From positions 85,074 through 149,073 of the forward strand of contig CBDDBP010000004.1 in NCBI GenBank assembly GCA_965225815.1: a DNA stretch of 64,000 nucleotides, in the 5' to 3' direction. A program made the translations under genes and the position numbers. Of this stretch, positions 57,704 through 64,000 are shown piece by piece. The notes under the pieces were generated by a model, which searched no databases, had not been told where the DNA came from, and saw only the letters and a list, made by a program, of their open reading frames with translations. Within the stretch, counting starts at the first letter, position 1, and the number at the start of each line of letters is the position of its first letter. The stretch comes from Dehalococcoidia bacterium. Lineage in GTDB: Bacteria; Chloroflexota; Dehalococcoidia; DSTF01; WHTK01.

Positions 57704-58981
57704 GGCGTCATGAGCACTATGAGACTCGGACGACCACAAACCGATCGCGCATCACTGATTGAGGCTTTCCGGGAAATCAGAGGGCAAACCGAGAAGCTCT
57801 GCGAGCCTCTCGAAACTGAGGACTACGTCATCCAGTCTGTAAGCGACGTTAGTCCACCCAAGTGGCATCTGGCGCATACGAGTTGGTTTTTCGAGCACTT
57901 CGCCCTGGCGGAAGCCCAGACAGACTACAAACGATTCCACCCGAAGTACGCCTTCCTGTTCAACTCCTACTACAACCTGGCTGGCGAATATCATCCCCGC
58001 GTCAAACGTGGGGTTCTCTCCCGGCCCACCGTCTCTGACATCTACCGATTTCGCGAACACGTGACGGAACACGTGACAGAGCTGCTGGACAGTGTCACAG
58101 ACGAAGAGCTGCAGCGCCTCGAGCCGACTATTACGCTCGGCCTCAACCATGAACAGCAGCACCAGGAGCTTCTCCTCACCGACATCAAGCACATCCTCTG
58201 GTGCAATCCGCTCGAGCCCGTCTACCGGGAGCGCGACGAGGCTCCTGCGCAGACGGCTCGTCCTATCGAGTGGTTGGAGTTCAAGGGCGGGCTCCAGAAG
58301 ATCGGCCTGGAGGACGGTGGGTTCAGCTTCGATAACGAAGTGCCGCGGCACACGCTCTTCATGAACCGCTTCCGCATCGCTGATCGGCTCGTCACCAACG
58401 GGGAATACATCCGCTTCATCGACGACGGTGGCTACACTCGCGCCGACCTGTGGCTCTCCGATGGCTGGTATACCGTCAAAGAGCAGCGTTGGGAGTCTCC
58501 CCTCTACTGGGAGAAACGGGACGGGGAATGGTGGAACTTCACCTTGGCAGGCATGCGCAAGGTCGACCCGAATGAGCCTGTTTGCCACGTTTCTCACTAC
58601 GAAGCCGATGCCTACGCGCGGTGGGCTGGCAAGCGTCTGCCAACCGAGGCCGAGTGGGAACTAGCCGCCGCATCGCAATCTATCGAGGGCAACTTCGTCG
58701 AATCGGAGCGATACCACGTTGCAGGCTCTAACAATGGCTCGACGCAGTTCTTTGGCGATGTGTGGGAATGGACCCAGAGTGCCTACCTGCCGTATCCCGG
58801 CTTCCAACCGTTGCCGGGTGCCATAGGCGAATATAACGGTAAGTTCATGTCGAACCAGATGGTATTACGGGGTGGATCCTGCGCCACGCCCGCCTCACAC
58901 ATCCGCCCGACGTACCGCAATTTTTTTCAGCCCTACCTGCGCTGGCAGTTCATGGGTATGCGGCTGGCTGAGGACGCTTAG
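57704..58981 (+). CDS. egtB: Ergothioneine biosynthesis sulfoxide synthase EgtB (DinB_2 plus FGE-sulfatase domains)
   Basis: The start was placed at MSTMRLGRPQ after a GGAGG SD. It has a C-terminal FGE-sulfatase domain (GDVWEWTQSAYLPYPGF...RGGSCAT). Confidence 0.85.
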   Translation, partial: GVMSTMRLGRPQTDRASLIEAFREIRGQTEKLCEPLETEDYVIQSVSDVSPPKWHLAHTSWFFEHFALAEAQTDYKRFHPKYAFLFNSYYNLAGEYHPRVKRGVLSRPTVSDIYRFREHVTEHVTELLDSVTDEELQRLEPTITLGLNHEQQHQELLLTDIKHILWCNPLEPVYRERDEAPAQTARPIEWLEFKGGLQKIGLEDGGFSFDNEVPRHTLFMNRFRIADRLVTNGEYIRFIDDGGYTRADLWLSDGWYTVKEQRWESPLYWEKRDGEWWNFTLAGMRKVDPNEPVCHVSHYEADAYARWAGKRLPTEAEWELAAASQSIEGNFVESERYHVAGSNNGSTQFFGDVWEWTQSAYLPYPGFQPLPGAIGEYNGKFMSNQMVLRGGSCATPASHIRPTYRNFFQPYLRWQFMGMRLAEDA

Positions 58982-59008
58982 GCTTCGCCTAGTGGCCCTC
59001 TCGCTGGA

Positions 59009-59272
59009 TTAGCTGTCTTTCAGGTAGTCACCGTGTTCGTAGCACCAGACCCATGATTCGGCGCTGAACGGCATACGGGCGATGATCGGGTGACCGGTCT
59101 GCTTCCAGTGCTCCGTGTCGTGAGAGTTCATCGACTCGCAGCAGCCCACGAATCCGCACGTCGCGCACATACGCGATGGGCCGTTGATGCCGCAGACTTC
59201 GCACTTTTCCGTGTTGGGTGTGACATCAGCCTTGATGAACTCCGCAGAGTGGTTACATTCCGTCTTCAGCAT
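59009..59272 (-). CDS. UBP-type zinc-finger domain protein
   Basis: 87 aa with CEVCGINGPSRMCATCGFVGCCESMNSHDTEHWKQTGH, a zf-UBP-like Cys/His pattern. Confidence 0.55.
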   Translation of the reverse strand: MLKTECNHSAEFIKADVTPNTEKCEVCGINGPSRMCATCGFVGCCESMNSHDTEHWKQTGHPIIARMPFSAESWVWCYEHGDYLKDS

Positions 59273-59336
59273 GTGTGCGCTCCTAAGTCTCTCTGCGAAA
59301 TTCTAGGACAACAACTGGGTGACTTCGGTCACGTCC

Positions 59337-60509
59337 TCAATTCCAAAGGCGCTGGCTGGCAAGTCTGGCGCCTTCAGCCATCGACTGGAACTTGGCCCAG
59401 ACCACCGTGGGATGAATCTCCGGATGGTAGCCAGCCACCGACGAAAAGCCGCAATCCGCCCCCGCGATCACGCGCTCCTTACCAACAAGATTAGCGTGCA
59501 GTTCGATCTGGTCCGCGATCCATTCTGGATGCTCGACCAGGGCTGTGGCATGACTAATTACGCCGGGAATAATCACTTTCCCTTCAGGAAGCTCAGTCTC
59601 TTCCCAAACCCGCCATTCGTGGGCGTGCCGGGCGTTGGCAACTTCATAGGAGTAGCCGGAGGCGTTGATTTTCAACATTAGGTCGACAAAGTCAGCCAGC
59701 GGGGCGTCGTTAACGCGGGGGCCAATGTTGATGCTGTAGCAAGTGTGAAAGCGCACCTTCTCAGGAGGGATGTTACTCAGAGCGTAGTTGATCACCTCAA
59801 CCTGCTTCTCTGCTGCACGCCGTCGCGCTTCCTCTGGCGCCGTGTCGTGGCCGTACATCGTAGCGAAACCCGGGTCGTCGACTTGCAAGATGAAACCCGC
59901 AGCAACGATAGCTTCGTATTCCACTGCCACGGCATCCGCCAGAGCCTGGATAAACTCATCGTCCGTCTTGTAGTGCGCATTTCGACCCGGAGCGCGCGGC
60001 GCCATCGCAGGCATAAAGCCAAGACTAACTCCCGATGCCTTCATCGCCGCTTTCAGGTTGGTGATATCGCGCTGCAGGTCAGGCATACCGGTATACGTCA
60101 GAGGCCCGCTGCAGATCAGCGGCATTCGCTCTTGCTCAATTGGCTTGCGGTTCTCACGCTGACCCTCGTACCACTGGTAGTACTCAGGAAACGCCAGCGT
60201 CTCACGCGTGGTTCCCCCTCGGCCCATCGCGATCGGCGCCCCATCTGGCGAAGGTTCGAAGCCGCCGAGACGATGCCGGATATAGGCATTGAAGCTCGAC
60301 TTGCTGATTTCGCCATCCGAAACGATGTCGACACCGCATTCAACCTGTTTACGGACGATGTCTTCAGTCGCCTCACGTAGAGTCGCCTCAAATTCCGCAT
60401 CGTCGAAAGACTGCCTTCGAAGCCGCGCCTGGAGCATGTCGAGAACGTGATGCGGTCGGGCCAGGCTGCCCACGTGCGTGGTGAGAATTCGATCCGTGTT
60501 TTGCTGCAT
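59337..60509 (-). CDS. Cobalamin-independent methionine synthase (MetE) C-terminal-domain-like protein (methionine synthase II family)
   Basis: 390 aa with THVGSLARP near the N-terminus and a UroD/MetE-like (beta/alpha)8 barrel with Zn-ligand-like residues. Confidence 0.65.
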   Translation of the reverse strand: MQQNTDRILTTHVGSLARPHHVLDMLQARLRRQSFDDAEFEATLREATEDIVRKQVECGVDIVSDGEISKSSFNAYIRHRLGGFEPSPDGAPIAMGRGGTTRETLAFPEYYQWYEGQRENRKPIEQERMPLICSGPLTYTGMPDLQRDITNLKAAMKASGVSLGFMPAMAPRAPGRNAHYKTDDEFIQALADAVAVEYEAIVAAGFILQVDDPGFATMYGHDTAPEEARRRAAEKQVEVINYALSNIPPEKVRFHTCYSINIGPRVNDAPLADFVDLMLKINASGYSYEVANARHAHEWRVWEETELPEGKVIIPGVISHATALVEHPEWIADQIELHANLVGKERVIAGADCGFSSVAGYHPEIHPTVVWAKFQSMAEGARLASQRLWN

Positions 60510-60589
60510 CGTGAACTCCTCGCTGTTGCGTAGCCTCGAGCGACTCCGTGCAACCGTCTGGTTCTTCGCGCTATGGACGCTTCGGGCCC

Positions 60590-61957
60590 CTAGGCTGTCC
60601 TCGCCGCCTTGACCGCAGCCACTAACGGCGCATCCTCACCAGGCTGCACGGTTCGAGGATCGAGGAGCAAGAGGCCGTCCTCAATACGTCCTACAACAGG
60701 TGTTTCGCCTTGACGCATTCGTTGCGCTAAAGCCTCCAGGGCACTGCCACTGGCTGCTGGCAGCGCCACCAGTTTCGTGGGCAGACTCTCTTCCGGCAGG
60801 CTGCCGCCGCCAATCATTGAACGGCCATCGACTACCGTCGAACCTGCCCCGATCTGGCGCGAGAGTCGTCTTGCTCGCGCGGCGACGTCCGTCAGCGGCG
60901 CAGAGATCATGCGCCAGACCGGCACCTCATTCTCCGCCTCACCCCTGGCATAGTGCAGCAGCGTCGCATTCAGTCCAGCGATGCTGGCCTTGTCCATGCG
61001 AAGCGCGCGCGCCAATGGATGTCGCCGTAGCCTGGCGATGAGGTCCTTTTTGCCCACGACAATGCCCGCCTGTGGCCCCCCCAGCAGCTTGTCGCCGGAA
61101 AACGCGACCATATCCGCACCAGCACTGATACTGTCCTGCGCCGTCGGCTCAGCGCTGAGTCCGTAAGCCTGCGTATTTAACAAGCAACCGCTGCCAAGGT
61201 CGTCAAGAAGCAGAAGGCCGCGCTCGTGCGCCAGCTTTGATAGGGCCTCCAGAGAAGTCGACTCGACGAAACCTACGACGCGAAAGTTGCTGCTGTGGAC
61301 ACGCATCAGTGCGGCTGTCTCATCGCCGATCGCGGTCTCGTAGTCTCGAGCGTAGGTCCGATTCGTCGTGCCGACCTCAATGAGGCGAGCGCCACTTTGC
61401 GCCATTACGTCGGGTATGCGGAAGCCACCGCCGATTTCGACCAGCTGGCCGCGCGAAATCACGACCTCACGCTCCTGCGCCAGGGCCGAGAGCATGAGCA
61501 GCAGCGCGGCGGCGTTGTTGTTAACAGCGATCGCGGCTTCGGCGCCTGTCACTCGACAAAGAAGTGCCTCTAGGTGGTCATAGCGACTGCCACGTCCACC
61601 AGACTCGAGTTCGTACTCCAGGTTGCTGTAGCCGCGACTCACACCAGCCATCGCAGCGATTGTCGAAGCGGACAGCGGGGCGCGCCCAAGGTTGGTGTGA
61701 ATGATCACCCCAGTCGCGTTGATTACGGGCCGCAGGCTGGCGCGTAGCGATGCGTAGGCGCGCTCGGCAGCTGCCCTGGCGATTGACTCGAGCGAGACCT
61801 CGGCTCCCCCGTTGCGTAGAGCTGCGCGCCGCTCCGCGAGCTCGACGCGGACGGCCTCGGTGGCCGCGGCAACTCCTACTTCACGGGCTGCTTGCTGCAA
61901 AACATCGGCAACAAGGACGCGATCTACCGAAGGCAGCCGACGATATTGGTTCGTCAT
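60590..61957 (-). CDS. selA: L-seryl-tRNA(Sec) selenium transferase
   Basis: 455 aa with RLPSVDRVL...SLRPVINATGVIIHTNLGRAPL, the SelA signature, and a PLP-dependent fold. Confidence 0.9.
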   Translation of the reverse strand: MTNQYRRLPSVDRVLVADVLQQAAREVGVAAATEAVRVELAERRAALRNGGAEVSLESIARAAAERAYASLRASLRPVINATGVIIHTNLGRAPLSASTIAAMAGVSRGYSNLEYELESGGRGSRYDHLEALLCRVTGAEAAIAVNNNAAALLLMLSALAQEREVVISRGQLVEIGGGFRIPDVMAQSGARLIEVGTTNRTYARDYETAIGDETAALMRVHSSNFRVVGFVESTSLEALSKLAHERGLLLLDDLGSGCLLNTQAYGLSAEPTAQDSISAGADMVAFSGDKLLGGPQAGIVVGKKDLIARLRRHPLARALRMDKASIAGLNATLLHYARGEAENEVPVWRMISAPLTDVAARARRLSRQIGAGSTVVDGRSMIGGGSLPEESLPTKLVALPAASGSALEALAQRMRQGETPVVGRIEDGLLLLDPRTVQPGEDAPLVAAVKAARTA

Positions 61958-62052
61958 GTCTCAAATTCTACGACTTCCAGCCGGCCAAACTCAGGGTTTA
62001 CTCCAATTGCCCGCCTCGTGTGAGAGGTAGATAGTAGCCGCGAGGTGACGTT

Positions 62053-62175
62053 ATGTCAGATGAAGATCCGCAAACACACGCAGTGACCAAACACCATCCG
62101 CCGCTAACCGCCTGGCTGGTCGCGGCGTTTCTATTCATCTTTGGGATCAAGCTGCTAAGCACCGCAGACCGCTAG
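62053..62175 (+). CDS. Possible 40-aa small membrane peptide (MSDEDPQTHAVTKHHPPLTAWLVAAFLFIFGIKLLSTADR)
   Basis: A GAGGTGA SD lies 5 nt upstream. The peptide has one hydrophobic helix. It lies in the divergent selA/SDR promoter region. Confidence 0.2.
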   Translation: MSDEDPQTHAVTKHHPPLTAWLVAAFLFIFGIKLLSTADR

Positions 62176-62242
62176 CCGGACTCTTCGGAGCATGCAACGA
62201 ACGCCACGGCGAAGCCTGTGATAGGCTCGGCCGCGGGGTGTA

Positions 62243-63010
62243 GTGATGCGGTTCGAGGACAAGGTCGCGATCGTCACTGGAGCCGCCGGCGGCATCGGCA
62301 GCGCCACGGTACTGCTACTTGCTCAGGAAGGCGCCCGCGTCGCCGCGCTGGACCTCGATAAGACCGGCCTCGACAAGCTAGTTGAGGATAGCGGCGACTT
62401 TTCTGGCCCCATCACGCCGTTCGTCGCCGATGCATTCGACCCTGACGAAGTCCAACGTACCGTGCAGGCAGTAATCGACTGGACCGGGCACGTCGACATC
62501 CTGATTAATTGCGTCGGCGGCAGCACAGTTATTGCCAATTCTGGCCGGCCTGTCGAGGAGTTAGAGCCTGAGGAGTGGAAACGAGTCCTCGACTTCAACC
62601 TCGACTCCACCTTCCTGTTCTGTCGCGCAGTCTTGCCGCTGATGAAGCAGCAGCGATCCGGAAAGATCGTTAACCTTTCATCGCGATCCGCGACTGGGCT
62701 TGGCAGCACGCCATCAGCGTACGCCGCCGCCAAGGCAGGAATCGTTGCCTTCACAACACGGGTGGCCAACGAAGCCGGGCCCTTCGGTATAAACGTCAAC
62801 GCGGTAGCGCCGGACACGACACTGACCAGGCGTATCGCCGAGAAGATCTGGGATATCAAATCGCCCGAGGAACAGAATGCTTACCTGGAAACCGTGGCGT
62901 TGAGACGCCTGGGTCAACCAGAGGACCAGGCAAAGGTCATCGCCTTTCTGGCCTCAAACGATGCAGACTTCATTTCCGGTCAGACGATCCACGTTAACGG
63001 CGGCATGTAA
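62243..63010 (+). CDS. SDR family NAD(P)-dependent oxidoreductase (3-oxoacyl-ACP reductase-like)
   Basis: 255 aa with TGAAGGIGSAT (TGxxxGxG) and the catalytic YAAAK. Confidence 0.85.
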   Translation: MMRFEDKVAIVTGAAGGIGSATVLLLAQEGARVAALDLDKTGLDKLVEDSGDFSGPITPFVADAFDPDEVQRTVQAVIDWTGHVDILINCVGGSTVIANSGRPVEELEPEEWKRVLDFNLDSTFLFCRAVLPLMKQQRSGKIVNLSSRSATGLGSTPSAYAAAKAGIVAFTTRVANEAGPFGINVNAVAPDTTLTRRIAEKIWDIKSPEEQNAYLETVALRRLGQPEDQAKVIAFLASNDADFISGQTIHVNGGM

Positions 63011-63074
63011 GCGCCTCAGAGAGCCAGCGCTTCGTTATACTTTGGACACCAAATCATTCGGCGAGGAGAAAGCA

Positions 63075-63488
63075 ATGACTAGGATTCGACACATCGCGCT
63101 GGCGACGGACGATCCGGAAGAGACGGCGCGGTTCTACATCGAGGGCCTCGGCATGAAGCAGATCGGTGAGATCAAGTCACCGACCGACGATGGCTACTAC
63201 CTGACCGACGGCTACATCACGATGGCGATCCTGAAGTTCAAACAAGACGCCGCCGCAACGACCGAGGGCGCGCCCAAGTACCGCGGCATTCACCACTTCG
63301 GCTACAAAGTTGAGTCAATGACCGATGCCCAGGATCGCATCACCGGCGCCGGCGCGACACTCCTGCATCAGCCCAAGGATGCGGATGGCAAGCTGCGGAC
63401 CGGCAACGTTGAAGTCAAGTTCACGGGACCAGACGGCGTCACGATCGACCTGTCCGAAGGTGGCTGGGTCGGCCAGCAGAACGAGTAG
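63075..63488 (+). CDS. VOC family protein (glyoxalase/bleomycin resistance/dioxygenase fold)
   Basis: MTRIRHIALATDDPEETARFYIEGLGM. The start was placed at the ATG after an AGGAGAA SD. Confidence 0.7.
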   Translation: MTRIRHIALATDDPEETARFYIEGLGMKQIGEIKSPTDDGYYLTDGYITMAILKFKQDAAATTEGAPKYRGIHHFGYKVESMTDAQDRITGAGATLLHQPKDADGKLRTGNVEVKFTGPDGVTIDLSEGGWVGQQNE

Positions 63489-63503
63489 GACCTGTAGCGA
63501 AGG

Positions 63504-64000
63504 CTAAGCCTGGCGTCCGGTGAGGCGAAAACCTTCCTCGAGTCCATCGAACGTCAATGTAGGCCGGGTCATGAGAAATCGATAGCCCATCTCCAGCAGG
63601 CCGCCGACATTCTGTTGGGAAACGTGGGGATGCCCACAGGCAACATCGTGGCGCTGACAGACCTCGGCCACGAGACGCAGGGTGTCGCGAAACTCGGGAT
63701 GGTCGTACTGCTGTGGAATACCCATGTCGTGTGTCAGATCAGCCTCGCCAACCAGCACCACGGCAATGCCTGGGACTTCTGCGAGCACTTCATCCAGGTT
63801 CTCCACCGCCGCCATGGTTTCGCACATCGTGACTACGACCAACTCTCCGTCCGGGTTCAGCGGCCAAACGTCGCAGCGGGCATAGTATTCCTCGCGTGAC
63901 AGGCCCCAGTAACGCGCCGCATTAGTCGCGGCGTCACCTCGCACGCCTCGAGGCTCATAAAACGGCGAGTCCTTTATGGCCGGGTAACGACAAGCGGCGA
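63504..64000 (-). CDS. HpcH/HpaI aldolase / citrate-lyase beta family protein, C-terminal part. The gene continues beyond the right edge.
   Basis: Phosphoenolpyruvate/pyruvate-domain aldolase motifs are present. The reading frame stays open upstream to the window edge (...YPAIKDSPFYEPRGVRGDAATN). Confidence 0.65.
   Translation of the reverse strand, partial: AACRYPAIKDSPFYEPRGVRGDAATNAARYWGLSREEYYARCDVWPLNPDGELVVVTMCETMAAVENLDEVLAEVPGIAVVLVGEADLTHDMGIPQQYDHPEFRDTLRLVAEVCQRHDVACGHPHVSQQNVGGLLEMGYRFLMTRPTLTFDGLEEGFRLTGRQA

Overview
This is a high-GC (~65%) bacterial chromosomal segment. The gene content looks Chloroflexi-like or Actinobacteria-like, and no specific organism is claimed.

**Layout**
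- 1–12.4 kb, minus strand: the dcw cell-division/cell-wall cluster, mraZ-rsmH-ftsL-ftsI-mraY-murD-ftsW-murG-murC. Every intergenic gap in it is filled with a mosaic family of GC-rich, hairpin-forming, partly tandem repeats. murE and murF are absent from their usual place between ftsI and mraY.
- Downstream housekeeping genes: a frameshifted family-5 substrate-binding-protein gene, mogA, trmD-rplS, priA, def, a CCA-adding enzyme, yajC-secD-secF, aspS, a peptide-type ABC transporter, and tig-clpP-clpX.
- Mixed metabolism: an FMN-dependent hydroxy-acid oxidase, a thiolase/DUF35/CoA-transferase set, and a truncated FAD-linked oxidase.
- 50.1–55.9 kb, minus strand: a selenocysteine-dependent formate dehydrogenase module (fdhD, a Sec-containing fdhA catalytic subunit, a NuoE-NuoF fusion, and a NuoG-like Fe-S subunit).
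- After that: ergothioneine genes egtD-egtB, selA, and a few small metabolic genes.

**Most notable findings**
- The intra-operonic repeat invasion of the dcw cluster, reminiscent of MIRU/REP elements.
- Two in-frame TGA selenoproteins that the six-frame track splits: FdhA and an Rdx/SelW-like protein with a CxxU motif and no canonical start codon. selA lies in the same window.
- An FdhA whose N-terminal Fe-S domains sit on a separate gene downstream of the NuoEF gene.
- Several apparently disrupted genes: a frameshift in an A6 run, an in-frame amber stop, an internal domain deletion, and VOC-family fragments.

No transposase, integrase, CRISPR array, rRNA or tRNA gene was recognised.
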